A stretch of DNA of 63,949 nucleotides, the filler included, from a bacterium (GTDB lineage: Bacteria > JAMORN01): assembly GCA_027063545.1 (NCBI GenBank). It is 8 parts of 8 records of this genome, joined end to end, with 100 filler letters (N's around TTAATTAATTAA, not from the genome) between each part and the next. Parts side by side here need not be neighbours in the genome. Positions count along the whole stretch, not along the records: positions 8,401 to 16,494 come from JAMORN010000123.1; positions 16,595 to 24,635 come from JAMORN010000124.1; 6 more parts are not named here. One strand, given 5' to 3'. Positions 9,397 through 20,633 of this stretch are shown one piece after another. A program made the translations under genes and the position numbers. Within the stretch, counting starts at the first letter, position 1, and each line of letters opens with the position of its first letter. Under the pieces are notes generated by a model that was not told where the DNA came from, did not search any database, and was given only the letters and a program-made list of their open reading frames with translations.

Positions 9397-9954
9397 ATTC
9401 TATCCATGTAGCAAATTTAAACATAAAAAAAGCTATTAAAGCTCCTAGTAAATAACCAAAAATTACATCACTAGGCCAGTGTACTCCTATATAAATTTTG
9501 GATAAAGCAACTAAAATGCCAAATAAATAATATATTGTAATAAATAATTTTTAATTTCTTTATTAGATTTTACTTTTTCTTTTATAAATAAAAAAAGAAA
9601 AATAGTTATATATCCCCATGTTATAACATGGTTAGATGGAAAAGAAAAAGATCTCTTTAGGCCTTCTAAACATTTATAACTTTCAAAGTTAAAAAAAATA
9701 CTACAAGGTCGTGGGATTTTATATAAATATTTTAATAAATTTCCAATAAAATCAACAATACCTACCCCAACAACTAATAGTAGAAAAAAGATAAAAAAAC
9801 TTTTTTTATATGTCAAGAAAAAATAAACACTTATCAAACTAAACATAATTATTAAAAAAATTCTATTGGATATAGTTTTAAAAAAGATATTCAAAATATT
9901 TATATCGATTGAATTTATTATATTAAAAAGATATCTTTCCCATTCAAATATCAT
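9362..9954 (-). pseudogene. PAP2 family phosphatase, frameshifted (real or sequencing error)
   Basis: Motifs 1-2 (KYLYKIPRP, SFPSNH) lie in ORF 9511-9954. Motif 3 ([13 protein letters not shown]) lies in another frame ending at TAA 9362. One extra A in the A5 run near 9548-9552 would join them. Confidence 0.75.
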
Positions 9955-9964
9955 ATTCTCAATA

Positions 9965-11266
9965 TTAATCTTTTCTTACATATTTATTTTTATAAAAAGT
10001 ATATAAAACATCTCCTTTAAATTCCATTCCAATAAAAGGAGAATTTTTAGACCTTGAATGAAATTTATTTTTATCTATTTTTATTGACTTTTCTATATCT
10101 ACAATTGTAAAATTAACAGTTTCACCTTCTTTTATTTTTATTTCTTTTAAGCCAAGTATTTTTCTAGGATTTATACTTAATAATTCTACAATTTTAGTTA
10201 AAGGAAGTTTTTCCTTATGATATAGTATATCACAAACAACATTAAAGGCAGTTTCAAGACCAATAACGCCAAATTTAGCAAGTTCAAATTCATTATCTTT
10301 TTGAGATGGAGTGTGAGGAGCATGGTCAGTGGCAATAACATCAATAACTCCATTTTTTATTCCTTCAATTATAGCTTTTCTATCTTCTTCTGTTCTTAAA
10401 GGAGGATTCATTTTTAAATTACCATCTAATTTTTCTAAAAGAGCATCCTCTGTTAGACTTATATAGTGGGGGGTTGTCTCAGATGTTATTTTAACTCCTT
10501 TTTTCTTCATCATTTCAATTACTTCAACAGAATATTTTGTAGAGACATGAGCAATATGTATTTTGTAATTTAAATATTCTGCTATAACAGCATCTCTATA
10601 CACATATATGCTTTCAGAAATAGGAGGAATCCCCTTTATCCCCCATTTGCTTGAAACCTTTCCTTCATTTATATGCCCCCCTTTTAAAAAAGGATCTTCA
10701 CAATGGGAGATTATTAGTCCATCAAACATAGAAGCATACTTTAGAGCATTTATCATGATCTCTGTATTTAAAATGCTATCACCATCATCACTAAAGGCTA
10801 TTGCTCCTGCCTCTTTTAATGTTAGCATTTCTGATAAAAATTCACCTTTTCTTTCTTGAGTTATAGAGGCTATAGGATATATATCTATAGGTGTTTTTTC
10901 TGCTTTTTTTAAGATATCTTTTATAATTGAAGGATTATCTATAGGAGGATTAGTGTTGGGCATAATTGCAACACCAGTAAAGCCTCCATAAAAGGCTGCT
11001 AATGCTCCTGTTTCAATAGTTTCTTTATTTGACTCTTTAAAATCTCTAAAATGAACATGCATATCAAAAAAAGCAGGAAGTAAATACATAGAATCCTGAG
11101 ATTCTATTGTTAAGACATCTTTATCATCTTTCAGAAAATCAGTTTTTGCTATCTTCTGAATAATACCATCTTCTACATAAATATATCCTTTTTTGAAATT
11201 TTTATCATTAGAAGAGTAATATTTAATATTTTTTATATAAAGTTTTTTAAACCTCTTTATGCTCAT
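9965..11266 (-). CDS. pyrC: Dihydroorotase
   Basis: DMHVHFR, MPNTNPP, HIAHVS, KMNPPLR, IATDHAPH; operon context. Confidence 0.95.
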   Translation of the reverse strand: MSIKRFKKLYIKNIKYYSSNDKNFKKGYIYVEDGIIQKIAKTDFLKDDKDVLTIESQDSMYLLPAFFDMHVHFRDFKESNKETIETGALAAFYGGFTGVAIMPNTNPPIDNPSIIKDILKKAEKTPIDIYPIASITQERKGEFLSEMLTLKEAGAIAFSDDGDSILNTEIMINALKYASMFDGLIISHCEDPFLKGGHINEGKVSSKWGIKGIPPISESIYVYRDAVIAEYLNYKIHIAHVSTKYSVEVIEMMKKKGVKITSETTPHYISLTEDALLEKLDGNLKMNPPLRTEEDRKAIIEGIKNGVIDVIATDHAPHTPSQKDNEFELAKFGVIGLETAFNVVCDILYHKEKLPLTKIVELLSINPRKILGLKEIKIKEGETVNFTIVDIEKSIKIDKNKFHSRSKNSPFIGMEFKGDVLYTFYKNKYVRKD

Positions 11267-12192
11267 CCTCTTCCTCCAAGAAGTTTATAGAGTATAGCCA
11301 TTCTCATTGCAACCCCATTTGTTACCTGAGGGAGTATAACACTATCTTTGCTGTCTGCTACTTTTGAGTCTATTTCAACACCTCTATTCATAGGACCAGG
11401 ATGCATTATAAGTGCATTACCTTTTATTCTTTCGTATCTTTCACTAGTTAATCCAAAAAAATCATTATATTCTTTAATAGAAGGAAATAATCCTTTTTTT
11501 TGTCTTTCTAATTGTATTCTTAAATTATTTATAACATCAACACCTTCTATTGCTTTATCCATATCAGTATATACCTCATCAACACCTAGAATATAAGGAT
11601 CTTCAGGCAGAAGTGTTTTAGGTCCGCAGATTCTCACCTTTGCACCTAGTTTTTTTAAAGCATATATATTACTTCGTGCTACCCGAGAGTGTTTAATATC
11701 ACCTGCTATTAAAACAACCTTACCTTTTAAATCGCCTAAGTTTTCTATCATTGTAAATATATCAAGAAGTGCCTGCGTTGGATGCTCATGAGCACCATCA
11801 CCAGCATTTATTATAGCAGAGCTATTAAAAGTAGAGATATATCTTGGTAAATCAACTAAAGAGTGTCTTACTACTATAGCATCTATTTTCATAGCCTCAA
11901 TATTTAAAATTGTATCTTTAATACTTTCTCCTTTATTTAAAGAAGAAGTAGAAGCAGAAAAGTTTATAACATCACAGCCCAATCTTTTTTCAGCAACTTC
12001 AAAAGATACTCTGGTTCTTGTAGAAGGTTCAAAAAATAGATTTACCACAGTTTTTCCCTTTAATGTGGGAACTGACTTAACAGGCTTTTCTAATACTTCT
12101 TTAAAACTTTTTGCTAGTTCTACTAATTCAAGAATATCTTCTTTAGATAATTCTTCTATACCAATGAGATGTTTAGGATAAAGTTTTTCCAT
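11263..12192 (-). CDS. pyrB: Aspartate carbamoyltransferase catalytic subunit
   Basis: FFEPSTRT, HEHPTQALLD, MHPGPMNRGVEI. The TGA stop overlaps the pyrC ATG. Start placed at ATG12192 after a GAAGGAG SD. Confidence 0.96.
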   Translation of the reverse strand: MEKLYPKHLIGIEELSKEDILELVELAKSFKEVLEKPVKSVPTLKGKTVVNLFFEPSTRTRVSFEVAEKRLGCDVINFSASTSSLNKGESIKDTILNIEAMKIDAIVVRHSLVDLPRYISTFNSSAIINAGDGAHEHPTQALLDIFTMIENLGDLKGKVVLIAGDIKHSRVARSNIYALKKLGAKVRICGPKTLLPEDPYILGVDEVYTDMDKAIEGVDVINNLRIQLERQKKGLFPSIKEYNDFFGLTSERYERIKGNALIMHPGPMNRGVEIDSKVADSKDSVILPQVTNGVAMRMAILYKLLGGRG

Positions 12193-12712
12193 AAAAAACT
12201 CCTTCATCCTTATCTATTTCTTTTAAATGAACTTCTATTGATATATTCTTTTCAACTTGTATTTGTCTTCCTTTATATTCAACAAAACAAGGAATTTCCC
12301 TTTCACCAATTCTGTCTATAATAGCAAGAACTTTTATTTTTTTTGGCCTTCCAAACGAAAAGATTGCTTCTATAGCTGCTCTTATTGTTCTTCCAGTATG
12401 TACCACATCATCGACTAATATTATCTCTTTATCTTCTACATCAAAAGGAATTTCTGAACCCTCTACAGAAGGATGAACAAATTTCCGGGAAAAGTCATCT
12501 CTATAAAATGTAATATCTAAAGCACCAAATAATAAATCAACACCTTCTTTATTTTTTATAATATCTTTTATTCTTTTACCTATTATATCCCCTCTTCTTT
12601 TTATACCAATTATTGCCAAATTTGAAAAGTTATCATGTTCTTTTTCTATTATTTCAAAAGCAAGGCGTTCTATAATTTTGTTAAGTTGCTTTTCATTTAT
12701 AACTGTTTTCAT
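12173..12712 (-). CDS. pyrR: Bifunctional pyr operon regulator / UPRTase
   Basis: GIKRRG, LDITFYRDD, LVDDVVHTGRTIRAA, GRP. Confidence 0.93.
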   Translation of the reverse strand: MKTVINEKQLNKIIERLAFEIIEKEHDNFSNLAIIGIKRRGDIIGKRIKDIIKNKEGVDLLFGALDITFYRDDFSRKFVHPSVEGSEIPFDVEDKEIILVDDVVHTGRTIRAAIEAIFSFGRPKKIKVLAIIDRIGEREIPCFVEYKGRQIQVEKNISIEVHLKEIDKDEGVFYGKTLS

Positions 12713-12750
12713 AACACAGAAATCCTTTTTAATAAAATACAAAAATTTCT

Positions 12751-13929
12751 TTATAATAAAATACCAATTTTTACATCTAAATGCTCTTTTAGATCTAAAT
12801 AAATAGGAGGATCAATTCTATCATTATTTTTACTTTTAAATAAAACAATTAAAGGTCTTTCAGGTTTATTTTCATCCACTTCAACAACAGCCCCTTTATA
12901 TCCTAGTAAAGTTTTGTCATTTGCTTCTTTTATATATATTAAACTACCCACAGGATAAACAGGTATTGTTTTTAGAAATTCTTCAACAATTACCTTATTA
13001 AGATGAGATCCAGCAACTTTTATTATAATTTTTAAAGCCTCTTCAGGAGTTTTGGGTTTAGAATATGGCCTTGGTGATATCATTGCTACATAGGTATCTG
13101 CTACAGTCACTATTTCAGCATACCTATGAATTATATTAGGGTCAAAATCTTTTCTATATGGATATTCATTTCTCCCCTTTAGTCCTCTTGGATAACCAGA
13201 ACCATCTTGGCGTTCATGATGTTGATATGCTACATGTGCAGATAAAAGTGAAATATCGGAATTTGATTTTAAAATTTCAAAACCATAAATTGGATGTTCT
13301 TTTATTAATGAAAATTCTTCAAATGTAAGTTTACCCTTTTTGTTTATTATTTCATTTGGTATAACTACCATACCTATATTATGAAGAAGTGCTCCAATTG
13401 CTAACTCCTCAAGTTCATATTTATTAAATTGAAATCTTACTCCTAAATGAACACTTATTACAGTAACATCTATTGCATGTTGATAAAAATAGTTGTTTAA
13501 CCCTCTTATTAAAGATAAATTTATTAAATTTGAAGTATCTGTTAAAACATTTTCTATAATTCCAGAGACAACATTTTTTATTTTGGAAGGAATTATGATA
13601 TTTTTAAAGTCTTTAGATTTTAACATTTGTTTTAGATTTTTTACTGTATCCTTTTGGGTTTCTACCATTTTTTTTAGATTTTCAACACTTTCTCTTAATA
13701 CTTTATTTGTTTGAAGCATTGTTATTTCAGATAGAGTCTCCTGAGGTGTAATCCCCTTTGTGTCATCATCAATAATATAAAGCCCAGGATAGCCTAATTT
13801 TTTAATTTTTTCAATATACATTTGAGTTAAAACTTCACCTCTTGCTAGAAGTAAATCTCCTTTCTCTGAGATAATAGATTTCCCTAAAATCATTCCAGGT
13901 TTTACTTCATCTATGGGATAGTATATCAT
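12751..13929 (-). CDS. HD-GYP domain protein (HD dyad reads HN)
   Basis: VKPGMILGK N-terminus, HHERQDGSGYPRGL, VADTY, LLHNIG. Confidence 0.88.
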   Translation of the reverse strand: MIYYPIDEVKPGMILGKSIISEKGDLLLARGEVLTQMYIEKIKKLGYPGLYIIDDDTKGITPQETLSEITMLQTNKVLRESVENLKKMVETQKDTVKNLKQMLKSKDFKNIIIPSKIKNVVSGIIENVLTDTSNLINLSLIRGLNNYFYQHAIDVTVISVHLGVRFQFNKYELEELAIGALLHNIGMVVIPNEIINKKGKLTFEEFSLIKEHPIYGFEILKSNSDISLLSAHVAYQHHERQDGSGYPRGLKGRNEYPYRKDFDPNIIHRYAEIVTVADTYVAMISPRPYSKPKTPEEALKIIIKVAGSHLNKVIVEEFLKTIPVYPVGSLIYIKEANDKTLLGYKGAVVEVDENKPERPLIVLFKSKNNDRIDPPIYLDLKEHLDVKIGILL

Positions 13930-14918
13930 ATCTTCACCTTTTCTAATATTTTCTCTATAATATACTTTGTGTTTATATTATCCATTTTTGCCTGAAAGTT
14001 TAAAATAATTCTATGATTTAAAACCTCATATAAAATATTATCTATATCACTTTTTTCTACCATAAATTTACCATCAAGTAGTGCTTTAATCTTTGCTCCT
14101 TTTAAAATTGTTTCTGTTCCTCTTGGTCCAACACCCCACTCCACATATTTTTTTACTTCATCTATTTTTGATAGTTCCTTTCTTGTTTCTTGAACTATTT
14201 TTATTATATACTCTATTAATTTTTCTGAAATAACTACATTGTCAACAAAATTTATAATTTCAAATATATCATTTTTATTTAAAATCTTTTCAATAACAAT
14301 CTTTTCTCTTTTAAATGTATTTATTAAAATTTCTTTTTCTTCTTCAAAATTAGGATATGATAACTCAAGAGAAAAAGCGAATCTATCAAGTTGAGCCTCT
14401 GGAAGAGGATATGTACCCTCTTGTTCTAATGGATTTTGTGTTGCAATTACCATAAATGGAAGATCAAGTTTATATAGAAAATTTCCTACATTTATCTGTT
14501 TTTCCTGCATTGCTTCCAATAAAGCAGATTGGGTTTTAGGAGGGGTTCTGTTAATTTCATCTGCAAGAAGAATATTTGTAAAAATAGGCCCTTTTTGAAA
14601 TTTAAATATTTTTTGATTTGTGGTTGGATCTATATCAATAATTTCTGTGCCAATAATATCAGAAGGTATTAAATCTGGAGTAAATTGTATTCTTTTAAAG
14701 TCCAAATCTAAAACATGAGCAAATGTTTCTGCTAAAAGACTTTTTGCAAGTCCAGGAACTCCTATTATTAATATATGACCCTCTGTAAAAAGGGCATAAA
14801 ATAAAAAATCTATTATTCTATCTAACCCAACTATTTTTTTATGTATTTCTTTTTTAGCAGTATTAATTTTCTCTAAAATATTCTCTATCTTTCTATTATT
14901 TTTAATAATAGTTTCCAT
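13926..14918 (-). CDS. MoxR family AAA+ ATPase
   Basis: GVPGLAKS, RIQFTPDL, LADEINRTPPKTQSALLEAM, ATQNP, YPLPEAQLDRF. Confidence 0.95.
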   Translation of the reverse strand: METIIKNNRKIENILEKINTAKKEIHKKIVGLDRIIDFLFYALFTEGHILIIGVPGLAKSLLAETFAHVLDLDFKRIQFTPDLIPSDIIGTEIIDIDPTTNQKIFKFQKGPIFTNILLADEINRTPPKTQSALLEAMQEKQINVGNFLYKLDLPFMVIATQNPLEQEGTYPLPEAQLDRFAFSLELSYPNFEEEKEILINTFKREKIVIEKILNKNDIFEIINFVDNVVISEKLIEYIIKIVQETRKELSKIDEVKKYVEWGVGPRGTETILKGAKIKALLDGKFMVEKSDIDNILYEVLNHRIILNFQAKMDNINTKYIIEKILEKVKI

Positions 14919-14998
14919 AATATTATTTTTCTCTTAAAAAATGACATTTAATAATTTATTTTTTCTGTAGAATTTAGTAATAAAAATAAAAAGTATAT

Positions 14999-16494
14999 AT
15001 GAAAAAAGAAAAGGAATTATCAAAATTTCTTTATAATCTTATAAATAATTCAAAAAAGTTTTTTATTTTAGGCTTTATTTTTGGAGTATTTTATGGAATA
15101 TTTAATACATTAAGTTTATGGATATTTGGTTCTCTTTTTAATATTATATTTTCCTCTCAAGATGAAATAAACTCTTTATCTTCAATTACAAATTATTCTT
15201 CTTTTATAGGAAATTTAAATGAATATTTAAAAGGGATTTTATACCATTACATTTACTCGCCAGATAAATTAATAATGATTAAAAAATTAACAGTTATTAT
15301 TCTACTTTTATTTGTGTTAAAGAATTTTTTTAGATATTTAACAAATTTAAGTTTATCTTATTTCGTATTCAATATGAGGGGAACTTTGAAGAAGTATATT
15401 GCTGAATCTATTTTAAAACGAGATGAGGATTTTTTAGGAGATAAAACTAAGGGTGAGTTATACTCTTTATTTAATAGTGATATAGGAATGTTTCAGGATA
15501 ATATAAAGTTTATATCTATGGATATTGTTGTTCAGCCTATAACTATTATAACTATTTTATATCTTCTTTTTTCTATTTCTGTAAAACTAACCTTATTATC
15601 TTTACTAATTTTTCCATTAGTTTCTTTATTTATATATTTTGTGAGTTTAAGTTTAAGAAGAAAGTCTAAACGCTCTCTTGAAAGAATTGGAAAATCAAAT
15701 GCTTTATTCTCCGAGATATTGGAAGGTTTTATTATTATAAAGAGTTTTTTAGTAGAAAAAATATTTTTAAAAAAGTTTTATAAAGTTATAGATGAAGAGA
15801 TTAAATATATTCTAAAACAAACAAAATTGGAACTTTTATCTTCTCCTGTAAATGAGACTATTTCTATAACAATTGGAATTTTAATATTTATATATGGTAG
15901 TAAATTAGTATTTGTGGAAAAATTTTTATCTGGAGAGGATTTTGTAAGGTTTTTTACTTTAATATTTGGTCTTATTGCTCCTATAAAACTTTTGGGATAT
16001 ATGCACAATAAGTATAATATAGCAATGGGGGCCTTAGAAAGGATTTATAGTTTTATAAAGATAAACCAAGAGGAAAGTAAAAAAAGAAGAGCTATTGAAT
16101 ATAAAGAATTTTCATTTAATAAGAGTATTAAATTTAAAAATGTTTTCTTTAAATATTCTAATGGTGAAAATTGGACATTAGAGGATTTAAATATAGAGAT
16201 ATTTAAAGGAGATAAAATAGCACTTATTGGTAAAAGTGGGAGTGGAAAAACTACATTTATAAAATTATTATTAAAGTTTTTGAAACCAACAAAGGGAGAA
16301 ATTTTTATCGATAATATAAATTTAAATGAGATAAAAACAGAAAGTTTAAGAAAGAATATAAGTTATATGCCTCAAGAGATTTTTATTTTCAATGATACAT
16401 TAGAGAATAATATACTTTTAAACACAAATATTTCTTCTGATACTTATAAAGATTTAATAACTAATCTTTCTTTAGATAAAATAAAAGAAAGGGG
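14999..16494 (+). CDS. MsbA-like ABC exporter (TMD+NBD), 3'-truncated
   Basis: Multi-TM domain followed by Walker A GKSGSGKT; cut by the linker. Confidence 0.88.
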
Positions 16495-16594
16495 NNNNNN
16501 NNNNNNNNNNNNNNNNNNNNNNNNNNNNNNNNNNNNNNTTAATTAATTAANNNNNNNNNNNNNNNNNNNNNNNNNNNNNNNNNNNNNNNNNNNN
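16495..16594. other. Artificial contig linker
   Basis: N44-TTAATTAATTAA-N44. Confidence 0.97.
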
Positions 16595-18550
16595 ACCTTT
16601 CCAAAGAAGACCCATATCTGCCAACAGGCTATATGCTTTCCCACTTTCATTTTGATTACCAACAGGTACAGGTGCTAAATTAGAGTAAGCGAACTTAGCA
16701 GAAAGGCCTATTGCTAAATTATTAAGTAATTTCAACCCCCAATGGAGTCCTGCATTCATATCATAGGCTCTAAATGTACCTAAAATCTGACCTGTTTCAT
16801 CTGTATGAGTAATTGATCCATAGGATAAATAAGTTATAGAAAATCCTAATGTTCCTATTTTTATACCTGGAATTATAATAGATGTATATAAAAGGTATAA
16901 ATCTTTATAATTTAAAAGAGGAAGTACCTTATGATAACTAAATCCTAAAATAGGCTTTGACATTTTATATATATATAAATTATCATCTGCAGATGCTACT
17001 ATATATCCCTTTTGATATACTGCAGAATTTAAAGAGTTATTTATAAACATAACCTCTGTTAGAGAGGTATTATTCTCTTTTTTATACTTTAAAATCTTTG
17101 TTTTTGTATAAAATATTAAAGGATCACTGTTTATTATTCCTACAACATCCTCTCCCTTTACTTTTATCCTTTTTATTTTATTCCTCTTAATATTATAGAT
17201 ATAAATAGCCCCTTTACCGCCAATATAGAGAGTACTATCATCAAACTTAACTATACAATTTATCTCGGGATTATAAAGAAAAGAAGAAAGATCTTTTAAA
17301 AATGAAAGATAAAACTCTTTCTTTTTATCCTCTACTTTTTTTGCTACAATATTATTTATAGAATCTAATACCTTAAAATTAAAACTATCACTATAGAAGA
17401 AAGTGTAATCTGGTCTTAAACTATCAATATCTAAGGATGAATCACACATAACAACCTTCACTTCTAAAAAATTAAGTTTATGTTTTTGAGAATAATCTTT
17501 AATTTGCTCCTCTATTTTCTTAATACTATCCTCTACATTTAAAACATAATCAGAATCTATCTTTGAAGAATTTAAAGAATCTCTAACAAAAATAGAATCA
17601 TTTATTACAATTATTACATTTTTTATTATCCTAATACTATCAATCTTTGCTTTATTTTTATTATACTCTGATATATCAAAAGAAATTAATCCTTTCTTTT
17701 TACTTATAATTATAATTCTATCTTTATCTATAAAACTAAAGCCCTTTATATCATTTATTATCATTTTTAATGGTTTTGAAAAATAATAATCTAAATTAAA
17801 TTTATTTTGATCTAATATATAAAAACCTTGATCTGTTAAAATCCATAACTTACCATCTGGACTTTCAGAAATATATTTTATAGTTCCATTTAACCCCTCT
17901 TTAGAGTTTATTACATTCCATCTCTCATTTTTAAAATACACTAATGAATGTTGTGTTATTAAATAAATATAACCTCTTTTAGACTTATATATATCAATTA
18001 TAGAATCTTTTATTATCATACTATATGGCATATTTAAAACCCAAATATCTTTCTCTGGAATATCCTCTGTTATAGAATTAAATTCCATTATTTTACTTTT
18101 ATACTCCTCTAAATTTTCTTTATCTGTAACCCATCTTTCAATTAATCCTTCTATAGAATCATCTTCTCCTAAATACCAAACCTCATAGTTATAAAATTTT
18201 CCCATTTGCCATCTATACAACCCCTTATTTGTTAAAACATAAAGAAGATTATTATTTTCTTCAGAAGGAAAAATAACCTTTTTTATAACAATAGAAGTAT
18301 CCTTTAAACTATTAAGAACCCAATCATTTGCTAAAGGAGAAAATCCTAAACCTGCTGGATTATAATATAAACTAAATGGATCATCTGCTATGGCGACATT
18401 TGCCTCCCCCATTCCTGTTGCTCTTGCTCCAACAGGGATGTACATATATTGAAGACCACTTTCACTTACAGCAAAAATTTTATTTAATAATAGCGTATTT
18501 AAACTTATTAAAATTAACAACATTAAATTTAACCTATTAACTCTCTTCAT
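16595..18550 (-). CDS. PorV/PorQ (UPF0164)-like outer-membrane protein with large inserted beta-propeller-like region, 3'-truncated
   Basis: Signal peptide; IPVGARATGMGEANVAIADDPFSLYYNPAGL; barrel strands resume about 480 aa later (GTLGFSITYLSYG...AIGLSAKFAYSNL...ADMGLLW). Confidence 0.75.
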
Positions 18551-19049
18551 ATATATCTTCCCATTTAGAATTTACAAATTTTATTCTTTCTTTAGTTTCT
18601 ATTAAAGTTGCATCAAATGTCCCTTTAATTTTACATTTACAACCTAAATGAAAAGGAGGTATTAAAGAAGTATTTTCAACAATATCTCTTCTTCTTAAAT
18701 AATAATTATCAATATTTTTGCAAGTTTCACAAGAACAATTATCCTTCTCATATACAAAAAAAACAACTCCAGATTTATCCCCCTCTTCTATTTCTTTTAT
18801 ATTCTCTTCTAAAATATTAAAATACTCATCAACTAAGCTCTCATCTTTGCCTATTTTTCTTACGAAATCAAGCATTTCATCTTTTGATGGCCTTTCTTTT
18901 TTAAGCTTTTCTCTAGGAGAAACCCTTATAATAGAATAAGTCCCTGAATGATAAATTTTAGGAGTTTCTTCCTCTTTAGGAAGAAATATTATAACTAAAA
19001 AGCCTATAAAAAAAAGTATAATGAAAAAAAATATTAGAGGTGCTAACAT
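18537..19049 (-). CDS. Membrane-anchored hypothetical protein with MuF-like Cys/His motif
   Basis: N-terminal TM; CSCETC...IPPFHLGCKC. Confidence 0.7.
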   Translation of the reverse strand: MLAPLIFFFIILFFIGFLVIIFLPKEEETPKIYHSGTYSIIRVSPREKLKKERPSKDEMLDFVRKIGKDESLVDEYFNILEENIKEIEEGDKSGVVFFVYEKDNCSCETCKNIDNYYLRRRDIVENTSLIPPFHLGCKCKIKGTFDATLIETKERIKFVNSKWEDIYEES

Positions 19050-19089
19050 AGTATTTTTAAAATAATATTTTTTTAAGAAAAAATAAACT

Positions 19090-19677
19090 TTAATCTTCTA
19101 TCATTTTTAATAAAAGTTCATTACTTTCAATAGCAGAAAGTGTAAGAACTTTTGTTGAAATTGGCGGAAATTTTTCTACATCTTTTGTAAAATCACCTAC
19201 TACAATAACATTATCGCCTAATTTTATCTTTTGAACTACATCAAACGAATCTATTCCACCAAGACCACTTACTGAAATAAGAAATTTCTCTTTGTTTTTT
19301 AACACATATTCTATCAAAAGCTTTTTTATTTCCTTAGAATCCACACATTCTGCTATGTATTTATAATCTTTTAAAATACTATCTATATTATCCTCATCTA
19401 ATCTTTTTTTTAAGACTCTTATTTTTATTTCAGAATTGACCTTTCTTAATTTTTCCGATAAAGCATCTACTTTAAACTTTCCAATATCCTCTTTATCATA
19501 AAGTTGCCTGAAAATATTACTCTCCTCAACAATATCAAAATCAATCAATAAAATCTCACCCAACCCTGATTTTGCCATTATATAAGAAAGCCATGAACCC
19601 AATCCACCCACACCAACCACTGCTAATTTTTTATTTTTTAACTTATCTTTTACTAATTTATAATCTAAATTCTCCAT
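19090..19677 (-). CDS. thiF: ThiF/MoeB family adenylyltransferase (ThiS-adenylyltransferase-like)
   Basis: VGVGGLGS, DFDIVEESNIFRQ, IGKFKV, ECVD. Confidence 0.8.
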   Translation of the reverse strand: MENLDYKLVKDKLKNKKLAVVGVGGLGSWLSYIMAKSGLGEILLIDFDIVEESNIFRQLYDKEDIGKFKVDALSEKLRKVNSEIKIRVLKKRLDEDNIDSILKDYKYIAECVDSKEIKKLLIEYVLKNKEKFLISVSGLGGIDSFDVVQKIKLGDNVIVVGDFTKDVEKFPPISTKVLTLSAIESNELLLKMIED

Positions 19678-19678
19678 A

Positions 19679-20632
19679 CTACTTTCTTCTTAAAATTCCC
19701 TGTATTATAATATCTGTTGCCTCATCCTCTGTTAAACCCTTTGCCATAAGTGTTTGAAGTTCCTTTGAATCAACGCTACCTAATGCTGCCTCATGGGTAA
19801 TATGAGAGGTTGGATCTCTAACCTCAATTATAGGAATAGCCCTTGCTCTACCCTGGTCTTTTACAATCTCAGTACAATCAACATGGCCTTTTGCATATTT
19901 ACCAGTTGCTATAAGATCACTATAAATATCAGCCTCTGCCTGATCCTTTACTGCTATTTTAGAATATAAAAACCCCCTTGAATAATTACCTTTTAACAAT
20001 CCTTTTTCTTTTACCTTTATTTTATCGTTCTCTCTTCCATACATATACATCCCTAATTCTACCACTCCATAATCCTCAACTATTGCCTCAGATTCCAAAT
20101 CAACACTTCCTATTAATCCCTTTGTAATCTCAAATTCATTTTTATAATAGGCATTATATCCAACCTTTGCAAGGGTTTTTGCTTTAATTGTAATCTCGGA
20201 AGAAACATTAGGGTGGTAGTGTCTTTCAAAATAACGGTAACTAGAATTTTCTCCTAATTCTATATCAGTATATGAATCATGAAGAATCTCATTTCCATCA
20301 ACAAAATTACATATAGAAATTAAAGAAACATGACTATTATTACCCAGTTTTACATTTGTCCTTACCTCTTGAAGTCCTTTTTGATGAATCATAGCAAAAC
20401 AAACAAATATAGGCATCTCCATTTTTACATTATCCTCAATCTCTAGTAAAACATTTGCTCCGTTGTCTATTTCCTCTACCTCAACCCTTATCCCATATAC
20501 TAAATTTGAACTTATTACTTTATTTTTGTTTATAATAAGATGAGCTATATCTCTATTTAAAAAAGCATCCTTTTCATCTTCCAGGGTAGAAAGTATCTTC
20601 TCGAATATATCATTGGCATATATTTTTGCCAT
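19679..20632 (-). CDS. SufB/SufD-like scaffold of the minimal SMS Fe-S system
   Basis: KGHVDCTEIV, AIPIIEV, HITHEAALGSVD, LMAKGL motifs; short (317 aa) form. Confidence 0.88.
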   Translation of the reverse strand: MAKIYANDIFEKILSTLEDEKDAFLNRDIAHLIINKNKVISSNLVYGIRVEVEEIDNGANVLLEIEDNVKMEMPIFVCFAMIHQKGLQEVRTNVKLGNNSHVSLISICNFVDGNEILHDSYTDIELGENSSYRYFERHYHPNVSSEITIKAKTLAKVGYNAYYKNEFEITKGLIGSVDLESEAIVEDYGVVELGMYMYGRENDKIKVKEKGLLKGNYSRGFLYSKIAVKDQAEADIYSDLIATGKYAKGHVDCTEIVKDQGRARAIPIIEVRDPTSHITHEAALGSVDSKELQTLMAKGLTEDEATDIIIQGILRRK

Positions 20633-20633
20633 G

